A model generated the notes under the pieces. The model searched no databases. It saw only the letters and a list, made by a program, of their open reading frames with translations, and was not told the origin of the DNA. This document shows positions 1-8,612 of a stretch of 64,000 nucleotides of DNA, in pieces. The stretch lies in assembly GCA_963703955.1 (NCBI GenBank), contig CAVPGK010000016.1, forward strand, positions 126,477 through 190,476. The letters are read 5' to 3'. This stretch comes from Nitrospirota bacterium (GTDB lineage: Bacteria > Nitrospirota > Nitrospiria > Nitrospirales > Nitrospiraceae). A program made the position numbers and the translations under genes. Position 1 is the stretch's first letter. The number at the start of each line of letters is the position of its first letter.

Positions 1-2771
1 CCGCGGAGGCCCGCGATTGGTTCGTGCGCGCCGGCGAGACCGGAGGTGACGGCTCGCAGGAGAAGCCCTTCACCGATCCCTGGCAGGCGCTGGACAAGCT
101 CGAGGCTGGTGACAAAGTACACGTCACTGAGGGGAAGTACTACGGGAAAGTCGACGCTGGATACTGGGTAATCCCTTTTCCGCGCGTGGAGCTATACGGC
201 GGCTATGACCCGACCTTCAAGGAGCGCAACCCCTGGAAGCGCCCGAGCGAGCTGCTCTGGAAGAAGGGTTCGCAGAACCGGACGGATACCTCCCGGGCGC
301 GGGTCTCCGGCTCGAACAACGACCATTCGGGCGCAGTGCTTGACGGGTTCATCATCGACATGAGGGACCTGAACAATTACAGCGGCGGTCCGGACGGAAG
401 TCTCGCTGAGCCGAGACTGCAGCAGGCGGTGAATCTAGAGCATCCCGGATCGGTGATCCGTAACTGCGTGATTGCCAATTCCCCCCTGACTGGAGTCCGT
501 ATCCGCCAGGGCGTCACGGTCGAGAATAATGTCATCATCAACTCTGTAGACCTGGCGATCGACGCCACCGGCGGGAATACGCTCAGCGGGAACAAAAACA
601 CCGATCCTACGGTGATCCGCAGCAACACGATTCTGGGAACCTGGGTGTCGGGATCCCCGGCCGGTAAGGGTGGTGCAGGGGGGATCGGGATTAAGATCGA
701 CAAAAGCACGGTGATTGAGGGGAACATCATCGCGTTCACCGCCAATCACGGGATCTGGCTGGGTAACATCCCGCTCTCAGGCATCACGCTCAAGGGAAAC
801 GTCTTCCATCGGAACCTATTCTCCAACGTGAAGTTCTATCTGGACGGGAAGGACTCCGCAATCGATGACTCCGACATGGATTCGCTCGGGGAGCTGGGAT
901 TTCTCGTTCAGGAAGGCAACACCGTCGCAGAGCCCGAGTTCTCGTTTGACGCGGGATGGCTCGACCGCTTCACACTGCATGCGTTTGCGCATGGGAAGGT
1001 ACTCAAGGCTGAGGATTGGAATGCCACCCGCAAGGCAGCTGGGCTGGCCCCGCTGACGGCAAGTGGCGACACGTTCGCACCCGCCTACGACGTGAAAAAG
1101 GTGTCTGGCCTGCTTGCTCCGAGCAACGCGGCGGTGAAAGCGGGGGCGCGTGTGTGGGAACTTGACGTCAAGCCCTTCATAGCTGCGGTGGCAGCGGGGC
1201 CTGCAAAGACCTACCAGAAGATGGACATCGCAACCTGGGCGAAGAAGCCCGAATCAGTAGACGGGAAACTCTTGGAAATGGTTGTCTCGCTGCAAGGGGT
1301 CACTGGCGCCACCGGCCTGCCCGAGGTTTCTCCGGATACCCACGGCGCGAAGTTCCTCGAGGGCCGGGTGGGAGGCGGCGACCGCATCGTTGGCATCTAC
1401 AAGAAGGGAACGAACGCAGAGCGCGTGTTTGAGGCTGCAAAAACATTTGGCAATTTCGTCGGAGAGGCCATGGAACTCTATGTCGTCCGTGGGACAGCGC
1501 GGGCCTCAACCGGAACCCCCAAAGCCAGGTTCATCGTTGACTCGATCGAGCCGTATGAGGTTGCCACCACCTCCGCGGCGCGTCCGGTCGGCCGCGACTG
1601 GTACGTGCGGGCGGAGGAGAAGGGCGGCGATGGTTCCAAGGAAAAGCCTTTCCGCGATCCTTACCAGGCGCTCGAAGTAGCTGGGGCCGGTGATGTCATT
1701 CATATCACCGAAGGAGAGTACGGCGGAAAGCTCAAGAACGGCAAGTGGGTGATTACCAAGTCCTTCCTCGCGCTTCTCGGTGGCTATGACCACGACTTCA
1801 AGGCGCGGGATCCGTGGGAGCGACCATCGCTGCTCCAGTGGCCTGCCGACTCTAAGACTAAAGGGCAAGGCTATCTCCTTGAGGGGAGGGGGGACCATAC
1901 CGGCCTGATCATAGACGGCCTGGTCTTTGACCACAAGACGCTCAATGTATATCGAGAAGACGGTAGCCTCGACCCGGATCGGTCCGACAAGGGCGAGCAG
2001 GTCTGGGTGTTCTCCCCGGGCGTCGTGATCCGGAACTGTGTCTTCGTGAACGGCGTGGAGGGTTCCCTGCGGATGTCCCCCAGCCAGACGATCGAGAACA
2101 ACATCTTCGTGAACATGACCGTGAAGGCCATCTCCGTGCAAGGCAGCGGCACGGCGTCGGCGGCTCCCACCATCATCCGCAGCAACAGCTTCCTGATGGT
2201 CTGGAACCGACGGTACGGCGATCGCGCCTCCTCTACAGGCAACGGGCTCTACCTGGAGACCGACGGGCTCAAAGCGGAAATCGAGGGAAACCTGTTCCAG
2301 TTCATCGACAACAACGCCATTTACTCCAATGCCGGGGAAAAGAACCTGATGTTGATGGGGAACGTATTCTCCTTCAACGGCTGGTCCAACTACCGGGAGC
2401 CACACAAGATGTTCGATGATGGGAACCTGGCGCAGCTGGCGGATGTTGGCTTCAAGAAGGCGTTCGGCAACGTGGTGGCGAATCCGAACATCCCATACGA
2501 CGCGGCCTCGTTCGATGCGTACTATCTGCGTGCGTCGGGGGCGGAAGGGTCAAAGCTCAAACCCGACCAATGGGCGGCTCTGCGCAAGGAGGGTGGATTC
2601 CCTGCACCTGCGGCGGACACCAAAGTCCGATTCGCCCCGGCGGTTGACTACAAGCAGGCGGCGAAGCTTTTCCCGCGCAATCGAGAGGTGAAGGCCGGAG
2701 CAGGCAAGAAGTTGCTCGATTCGAAGGTGGGTGGCGATTCTGATCAGGGGACACAGACCGTGTTGCCGTGA
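1..2771 (+). CDS. Secreted-type right-handed parallel beta-helix protein with two tandem DUF1565-like/pectate-lyase-like modules (5' end outside window)
   Basis: Frame is open to the window start (AEARDWFVRAG). Two homologous modules: RDWFVRAGETGGDGSQEKPF..LYGGYDPTFKERNPW and RDWYVRAEEKGGDGSKEKPF..LLGGYDHDFKARDPW. Asn-ladder repeats (IRNC, IENN, IEGN). Confidence 0.7.
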   Translation, partial: AEARDWFVRAGETGGDGSQEKPFTDPWQALDKLEAGDKVHVTEGKYYGKVDAGYWVIPFPRVELYGGYDPTFKERNPWKRPSELLWKKGSQNRTDTSRARVSGSNNDHSGAVLDGFIIDMRDLNNYSGGPDGSLAEPRLQQAVNLEHPGSVIRNCVIANSPLTGVRIRQGVTVENNVIINSVDLAIDATGGNTLSGNKNTDPTVIRSNTILGTWVSGSPAGKGGAGGIGIKIDKSTVIEGNIIAFTANHGIWLGNIPLSGITLKGNVFHRNLFSNVKFYLDGKDSAIDDSDMDSLGELGFLVQEGNTVAEPEFSFDAGWLDRFTLHAFAHGKVLKAEDWNATRKAAGLAPLTASGDTFAPAYDVKKVSGLLAPSNAAVKAGARVWELDVKPFIAAVAAGPAKTYQKMDIATWAKKPESVDGKLLEMVVSLQGVTGATGLPEVSPDTHGAKFLEGRVGGGDRIVGIYKKGTNAERVFEAAKTFGNFVGEAMELYVVRGTARASTGTPKARFIVDSIEPYEVATTSAARPVGRDWYVRAEEKGGDGSKEKPFRDPYQALEVAGAGDVIHITEGEYGGKLKNGKWVITKSFLALLGGYDHDFKARDPWERPSLLQWPADSKTKGQGYLLEGRGDHTGLIIDGLVFDHKTLNVYREDGSLDPDRSDKGEQVWVFSPGVVIRNCVFVNGVEGSLRMSPSQTIENNIFVNMTVKAISVQGSGTASAAPTIIRSNSFLMVWNRRYGDRASSTGNGLYLETDGLKAEIEGNLFQFIDNNAIYSNAGEKNLMLMGNVFSFNGWSNYREPHKMFDDGNLAQLADVGFKKAFGNVVANPNIPYDAASFDAYYLRASGAEGSKLKPDQWAALRKEGGFPAPAADTKVRFAPAVDYKQAAKLFPRNREVKAGAGKKLLDSKVGGDSDQGTQTVLP

Positions 2772-2970
2772 CATGCCGTCCGGAATTTGATCTCGAATCA
2801 CGCACGGGACTGGAGGGAGTATGAACAACTGAGTGGCCTGATTCAGTTCCAGAAGAGCCTCTGCAAAAGTTTCCGACTAATTGGTAGGTGGAGCCTGCAG
2901 GAAGACATCGAAGATCGGCAGTCTATTTCCATCACCATGAAGCTCGTTGCTGGCGCCTCATCCCCTGTCT

Positions 2971-3333
2971 CTATGCTGGGACCTTATCCCGATACGGCTT
3001 CCTGGCCAACCTGGCGCTGACCTTACCGTATCGCTGCCCACGGGGCGCTCGGCGTACCGTCACTTCCACATCTTGACCCAGCACGGAAAGGAAATGCACC
3101 AGACGTTCGACCGAGAACCCCGCCATTTGCCCGGCGAGCAGCTTGGATACCTTGGCCTGGTCGATTCCGAGGCGAGCTGCTGTCTCCACCTGCTTCCAAG
3201 CTCGATCCCTGATAGTTTCCTGAAGCGCCTGCAGCAAACTGCTTTTCAGAATCAGTTGGGCAGACCTTCCTTCCGAAAACCCGAGGTCTCGAAATACATT
3301 CCCACTCCCTTTGAATACGGTGGCGCGTTTCAT
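2971..3333 (-). CDS. XRE-family HTH antitoxin (HigA-like)
   Basis: GSGNVFRDLGF...QVETAARLGIDQAKVSKLLAG...FSVERL; start overlaps the toxin stop. Confidence 0.85.
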   Translation of the reverse strand: MKRATVFKGSGNVFRDLGFSEGRSAQLILKSSLLQALQETIRDRAWKQVETAARLGIDQAKVSKLLAGQMAGFSVERLVHFLSVLGQDVEVTVRRAPRGQRYGKVSARLARKPYRDKVPA

Positions 3334-3668
3334 AAGCCTGCCTCCCTTCTCCACTTGAGCAGATCGGCGTATCGGGTTTTCCCTAGTTCCAGATCAGCTC
3401 TCGCCGTTTTCTGTGAACGCTTCTGAAACACATGGAGCACATACACAGCTTCTTCGAACTTGGCCACATAGAATACTCGATAAGGTCCGCTTTGATCCCG
3501 AACCCGGATTTCCTGGATTCCAGACCCGATTGTCGGGATCGGCTTCCAATCATCCGGCTCTTTTCCTTGCTGAACCTTGAATAACTGAAACCCTGCCGCT
3601 TCACGAGCGTCCTCCGGGAGCTGTCGAAGTTCCTCCCGCGATGGTCCGACAAAATGCACCGGCTTCAT
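3330..3668 (-). CDS. RelE/ParE-superfamily toxin (HigB/Gp49-like)
   Basis: QQGKEPDDWKPIPTIGSGIQEIRVRDQSGPYRVFYVAKFEEAVYVLHVFQKRSQKT. Confidence 0.88.
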   Translation of the reverse strand: MKPVHFVGPSREELRQLPEDAREAAGFQLFKVQQGKEPDDWKPIPTIGSGIQEIRVRDQSGPYRVFYVAKFEEAVYVLHVFQKRSQKTARADLELGKTRYADLLKWRREAGL

Positions 3669-3712
3669 TTGTTACCTTAAGTGCGCTATCATGAGATCAC
3701 GTGAGGTTGGCC

Positions 3713-3963
3713 ATGGATGAGCAACTCCTTCTCAAACGCATTACGGTGAACCCAAAGATTTTCGGTGGGAAGCCGATCATTCGGGGTCGTCGCCTGGCCG
3801 TCGAGCACGTGCTTGGCATGCTTGCTGCCGGTGACACGCCTGACACGATCCTTCGTGGCTCTCGGTGGCTGGAGCGGGAGATATCCAAGCCTGCCTCGCC
3901 TATGCGCATCGGCTCGTCGGCCATGAGCGGATCGAGCCTCTGCCTCTCGAATCCGCCTCGTGA
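3713..3963 (+). pseudogene. DUF433 antitoxin, frameshifted
   Basis: RITVNPKIFGGKPIIRGRRLAVEHVLGMLAAG; C-terminus DIQACLAYAHRLVGHERIEP lies in another frame after ~3878. Confidence 0.8.
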
Positions 3964-4326
3964 AACTTCTGCTTGATACCTGCGTCTGGGGCGGCACGAT
4001 CGAGGCGCTCGAAGCGCCGGACATGATGTCATCTGGGGAGGAGCGTGGGATGTTGATCCAGGAGATGACGAAATTCTTGCCCGCGCTGCACCGAGAGGGC
4101 GTGTTCTCGTGACCCTCGATAAAGACTTCGGGGAACTCGCGATCGTCCGTGGTCAACCGCATGGGGGAATCGTTCGCCTAGTCAGTTGGTGGCCCTCCGG
4201 CAAGCTTCGATCTGTTTGACCCTGCTCACTCGCTATGGCGCTGAGCTTCAGACCGGCGCAATCGTGACGGCCGAACCTAGCCGCGTTCGCATTCGTCCAG
4301 CCAATGCCGCTCCTGAACCTCCATGA
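3960..4326 (+). pseudogene. DUF5615 PIN-like toxin, multiple frameshifts
   Basis: VKLLLDTCV...GHDVIW...DPGDDEILA...RVLVTLDKDFGEL...GAIVTAEPSRVRIRP pieced across frames; GTGA overlap with DUF433. Confidence 0.75.
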
Positions 4327-4448
4327 CGAACATTCACACCAAATCGCTGAAAAAGCCCTGGGAGGACTGCAACGGCCCCCGCGACGACGGGATGAGCTGC
4401 CGCGACTACATCGAGCAGTTGACGTATTTGCTCTTTCTCAAGATGGCC
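4323..4448 (+). pseudogene. hsdM: N-terminal remnant of type I R-M methyltransferase subunit
   Basis: WEDCNGPRDDGMSCRDYIEQLTYLLFLKMA resembles the HsdM N-terminus (LWxxCNVLRDDGxSYxDYxEQLTYLLFLKMA); truncated after ~42 codons. Confidence 0.7.
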
Positions 4449-4495
4449 GCTGCGTTGTACAGACGGACTTCAACGTTGACCGATGCCTTGCCCGC

Positions 4496-4516
4496 CTGTA
4501 TCAATTTGTCATACAG
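4496..4516. promoter_or_regulatory. Inverted-repeat operator overlapping the RHH antitoxin promoter
   Basis: CTGTAT-N9-ATACAG, within TTGCCC(4488)-N18-TACAGT(4512), just before ATG 4521/4527. Confidence 0.5.
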
Positions 4517-4520
4517 TCAG

Positions 4521-4772
4521 ATGCGTATGAAGCGCGGACGTGTCCCAGTCACTGTCTCGGTCTCTGCTGAGTTGGCAGCCAAGTTCGAGAAGCTGGCCAA
4601 AGCCGAGGCGAAGAATAAAAGCCAGCTCTTCCGTGAGATGGTTTCCGTCTATGAGCAGCGTCGGAGGGAGGAGGAGTTTCTCGCGCTTCAGCGCTACGGT
4701 GCTAAACAGGCCCGCAAGAAAGGGATGCTGACGGAAGCCGATGTCGAAGCCCTGGTCTTCCAGGACCGCTGA
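4521..4772 (+). CDS. CopG/ribbon-helix-helix antitoxin
   Basis: VTVSVSAELAAKFEKLAKAEAKNKSQLFREMV...YGAKQARKKGMLTEADVEALV. Confidence 0.8.
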   Translation: MRMKRGRVPVTVSVSAELAAKFEKLAKAEAKNKSQLFREMVSVYEQRRREEEFLALQRYGAKQARKKGMLTEADVEALVFQDR

Positions 4773-4774
4773 CC

Positions 4775-5042
4775 GTGCGGGTTGTCTTCGACACGAACAT
4801 TTACATTTCGGCCTTTGCGATTCCGGGCGGCCAGGCGGAAGAAGCCTACCTACAGGCTCATTTCTCGTCTCCGTGTGATAGAAGGAACCGACAACTGCAT
4901 CCTCGAGTGCGCGATCCATGCCCATGCGGACGTCATCGTCACAGGTGATCAGCATCTGCTGACCCTCAAGCACTATGAGGGTGTGAAAATGATCCACTTG
5001 GCCGACTTCCTGGAACTTGTTGCTGGTTCAGAGAGGACCTGA
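4775..5042 (+). pseudogene. PIN-domain toxin with internal deletion/frameshift
   Basis: VRVVFDTNIYISAF... joined out of frame to DNCILECAIHAHADVIVTGDQHLL; middle of the domain is missing. Confidence 0.75.
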
Positions 5043-5187
5043 TCAGTCTGCAAGGGTTCATTCCTTGTCCACACAGGCCTTGTGGCGGGAGATGGTGGAG
5101 GTCTCCGCTTAGTTCCGGACGCTGCAGAGTGCAACAGATCACGATCGAGGAGCGCTACCACCGCGCCGCTGTGAGCATGGCGCGTCA

Positions 5188-5508
5188 TCAGGCCGATACG
5201 AGCGCTGCCCTGTGCTGCTTGATGTGCTTCCTGACCTTACCCGGCAGAGCCCTTTCGGCAAGGCGCAGCTCGTACGTCTTCTGCAGGTTCATCCAGAATT
5301 CAGGTGTGGTGTTGAAAAACGCCGCCAAACGCACCGCTGTATCGCCCGTGATGCCGCGCTGCCCTTTGATAATCGCCGTGATCCGATTCGCCGGAACTTC
5401 GATGGCCTTGGCGAGCATATTGGCGTTGATCGGCGGGGCTGACGGCTTCATGAACTCCTCTAAAAGGATTTCTCCGGGATGGACCGGCCGCATTCCGTTC
5501 TTGATCAT
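5188..5508 (-). CDS. higA: HigA addiction-module antitoxin
   Basis: MRPVHPGEILLEEF...RGITGDTAVRLAAFFNTTPEFWMNLQKTYEL. Confidence 0.9.
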   Translation of the reverse strand: MIKNGMRPVHPGEILLEEFMKPSAPPINANMLAKAIEVPANRITAIIKGQRGITGDTAVRLAAFFNTTPEFWMNLQKTYELRLAERALPGKVRKHIKQHRAALVSA

Positions 5509-5521
5509 GGCGTTCTCTCCT

Positions 5522-5800
5522 TCAGTGGTAATCTGTGATTTCGACCTCATAGGGTCCGTCAGCCTTCCATACAAAACAAATCCGCCACTGTTCGTTGATC
5601 CTGATGCTGTGCTGTCCGGCTCGATCCCCCTTTAGCCTTTCCAGCCGGTTTCCAGGCGGGGAAAGCAGGTCCTTGAGGTCCGAAGCGCTATCGAGCATCG
5701 TCAGTTTCCGTTCAGCTGCTTTCCTGAAGCCGGAAAACTCCTTCACCACCTCTCCTAAAAAGAAACTCTCCGTGTTCTTGCCCTTAAAACCTCTTATCAT
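5522..5800 (-). CDS. higB: HigB toxin (plasmid maintenance system killer family)
   Basis: PPGNRLERLKGDRAGQHSIRINEQWRICFVW...VEITDYH. Confidence 0.9.
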   Translation of the reverse strand: MIRGFKGKNTESFFLGEVVKEFSGFRKAAERKLTMLDSASDLKDLLSPPGNRLERLKGDRAGQHSIRINEQWRICFVWKADGPYEVEITDYH

Positions 5801-5817
5801 GGTCAGGATACCATGTT

Positions 5818-5832
5818 TTACGCCTTACGTAA
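5818..5832. promoter_or_regulatory. Putative HigA operator palindrome
   Basis: TTACG-CCTTA-CGTAA, 18 bp upstream of the higB start. Confidence 0.5.
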
Positions 5833-6263
5833 CCAGTACAATTATAGCCCATCTATTCCTCATGTGAAATGACAAAATACGTTTTCCCTCTGTCAGTGGA
5901 AGACTGTGGCGTGAGCGGAAGGTACTTGCGGAATGGCATTACGCGCAGGAATGCGCGACTAACTGCACAGGAACTGGTTCGATAAAGGTCGCGCAGCGTT
6001 GCAGGAAGCGATCGAGCTTCGTTACTCCTTGATCAAGTGGTAGCGTAGCCGATCTGAAAGGGGCGGCTGATTGATTTTCCATGATACAAAATATCACTTT
6101 CTACATCGTCTATTTCTTATAAGTCATTGCCAATACTTATATGTCTCAATCCATAAAAAGGCTGCTTCTCGGTAGCGAACCACCAAGAAGTGCTGAGTTG
6201 TGAGTGCTGAGCATGAAGCTCCGCGGACTCAAGAAGTAGACCCGACAGGTCCAGCCAAAACTT

Positions 6264-7107
6264 TCAATTCACAACTTCTTTGCGAACTATCATCTGTCGC
6301 CCAATCCGTTTCGGGACAGGGTGCTGAAGTAAAACGCGGCGATCGCGGCTGAGGCGGCCACATTCAGCGAGTCGATGTGTTGGCTCACGGGAATGTGAAA
6401 TCGGAGGTACGCCTCCTTGAGCGTCGTGGTCCGACAACCCACGGCTCTCGTTCCCTAGTGCAATGACTGCGCGAGAGGGGAGACGCGTGATGTCGCGAAT
6501 CGGTCGACTGGTGTTCCCCGGCGGTTCGGAAGCCAAGATTGTGCATCGGCGCTTTCTGAATTCGGACACACCTCGCACGGAAAAGACCGGAAGTCGGAGC
6601 AGTGCGCCGGCGGTCGCGCGCACGACTTTCGGGTTGAAGACGTCGGCGGAATCAGTCGATAGCCACAAGGCATCCATGCCGAACGCCACCGCCGTTCGTA
6701 TGATCGCGCCCACATTCGCCGGGTCCTGCAGGCACTCACCATAGAACCCGAGCACCCGTGGTCGTTTGAATACCGTTTCCTGATCCCATACCGGCTGCTG
6801 CACGACGGCCAGGATACCGGGTGAGGTCGTCAGGTCCGAGAGTTGGTTGAAGATCATGTCCTTGCAGACATAGACGGGAGCGGCGCTTCGCTCCAACATC
6901 TGCCGGACTGCCGGGCTGGTTTTTTCGAGAAACGTCGTCTTGACGACAACCGCTAAGATCGCCGACGCATGGGAATCCAGCGAGGTCGTGGATCAGCTTC
7001 ACCCCTTCCATCAGGAACACTCGTTCAACATCACGCGCTTTTTTCTGCCTGGATAACTCGCGGATCAAGGTTGCCTTGGCGGCTGGAAGGGGTGCTATTG
7101 TCCGCAT
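6264..7107 (-). pseudogene. TrmH/SpoU-family RNA methyltransferase, frameshifted (possibly sequencing error)
   Basis: LQDPANVGAIIRTAVAFG...VFNPKVVRATAG...LGNESRGLS; N- and C-termini are in other frames. Confidence 0.75.
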
Positions 7108-7307
7108 GGTTCGCCTTTCGTAACGCTTTTCTATCCGGATCGTCTCTCCCCGTCAAGGACGCCGCGATTTGGTAGACCATGCCGGCCTTTCGTCTTAGTG
7201 CTCGTTGCGCGAATCACTCAGGGATTCCCAGTCTTTCCCATCGCTCTTGACGGGTTTCGCAACACAGGGTTATGGTTATGCTGCCCAGGGACCACACAGG
7301 AGACCCT

Positions 7308-8612
7308 ATGGAGACGGAAATTCCGGTTCCGCCCATCGAACCGGCGGCGGAGCCCAAATCAACGAAAGAGTACGTCGAAGACCTCGTGAAAAACGCCAAG
7401 CGAGCCGCCGGACGCCTGGCTTCGTTGTCGACGATCGTCAAGAACCAAGCCCTGGTCGCCATGGCCGACAGCCTGGTCGAAAAATCGGAGGACATTCTAG
7501 CGGCCAACCAAATGGATCTTGATGCGTTCGGGAAGGAAAAGGAGAACGAGGCGAAGACGGATCGCTTGCGGTTGTCGTCGGAACGCATCGACGAGATGGC
7601 TGCGAGCATCAGGGAGATCGCCAAATTGCCCGATCCGGTCGGTCAGACGGTGAAAATGTGGCATCGTCCTAACGGGATGCAGGTCGGCAGAGTGCGAGTC
7701 CCGATCGGCGTCATCGGAATCATCTATGAATCCCGTCCCAACGTGACCGCCGACTCGGCCGCGCTGTGCGTCAAATCGGGGAATGCGTGTGTGCTCCGAG
7801 GCGGGTCGGAAGCGATCCACTCGAACACGGCGATCGCGACGATTCTGGCCGCGGCCGCTGAGAAAGCCGGTGTGCCGTCAGGCGCGATTTCTTTTGTTGA
7901 CCGGACCGAGCGTGAAGCCGCCCAGGAGTTACTCAAGCAGGATGCCTATGTGGATCTGATCATTCCACGCGGTGGCGAGTCTCTGATGAAAACCGTGACG
8001 GAGGGGTCGCGCATCCCGGTCATGAAACACGACAAGGGCGTCTGCCATATTTTTGTGGATGCCGATGCCGACCCGGCCATGGCGGAACGAATCTGCCTGA
8101 ACGCAAAGGTGCAGCGACCATCCACCTGCAATGCGATGGAGACCTTGCTGGTCCATCAGAGCTGTGCTCGAGTGATTCTGCCCGGTCTGATCAGCCGGCT
8201 GACTGAAGCGGGCGTCGAAGTTCGAGGCTGTCCCAAGACCTGCCAACTCAGCCCTGACGCGAAGCCGGCCGCCGATGAGGATTATGGCACTGAATTCTTA
8301 TCGTTGATCCTCGCCGTCAAAGTCGTGAAGAATATGGAGGAGGCGATGGAGCACATGGCTCGGTACGGCTCCCGCCACACCGAATCGATCATTACGAACG
8401 ACTATGGACGGGCGCTGCGGTTCCTGCGCGAAGTGGATGCCAGCGCGGTGATGGTCAACGCCTCGACCAGATTGAATGACGGCTATCAGTTCGGGCTCGG
8501 CGCCGAAATCGGGATCAGTACCTCCCGTATCCATGCACGGGGCCCCATGGGTCTCGAAGAGTTGACCTGTTCCAAATTTATCGTCTTCGGGAACGGACAA
8601 ATCAGAGAGTAG
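7308..8612 (+). CDS. proA: Gamma-glutamyl phosphate reductase
   Basis: RVPIGVIGIIYESRPNVT, CNAMETLLVH, NASTRLNDG..FGLGAEIGIST..HARGPMGLEELT; RBS AGGAG. Confidence 0.97.
   Translation: METEIPVPPIEPAAEPKSTKEYVEDLVKNAKRAAGRLASLSTIVKNQALVAMADSLVEKSEDILAANQMDLDAFGKEKENEAKTDRLRLSSERIDEMAASIREIAKLPDPVGQTVKMWHRPNGMQVGRVRVPIGVIGIIYESRPNVTADSAALCVKSGNACVLRGGSEAIHSNTAIATILAAAAEKAGVPSGAISFVDRTEREAAQELLKQDAYVDLIIPRGGESLMKTVTEGSRIPVMKHDKGVCHIFVDADADPAMAERICLNAKVQRPSTCNAMETLLVHQSCARVILPGLISRLTEAGVEVRGCPKTCQLSPDAKPAADEDYGTEFLSLILAVKVVKNMEEAMEHMARYGSRHTESIITNDYGRALRFLREVDASAVMVNASTRLNDGYQFGLGAEIGISTSRIHARGPMGLEELTCSKFIVFGNGQIRE

Noticed and set aside
4496..4516. LexA SOS box
   Set aside because: CTGT..ACAG spacing is 13 rather than 8; better explained as an RHH autoregulatory operator.
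6264..7107. Programmed frameshifting or phase variation in trmH
   Set aside because: Several independent shifts, one at a T-run; decay or long-read error is simpler.
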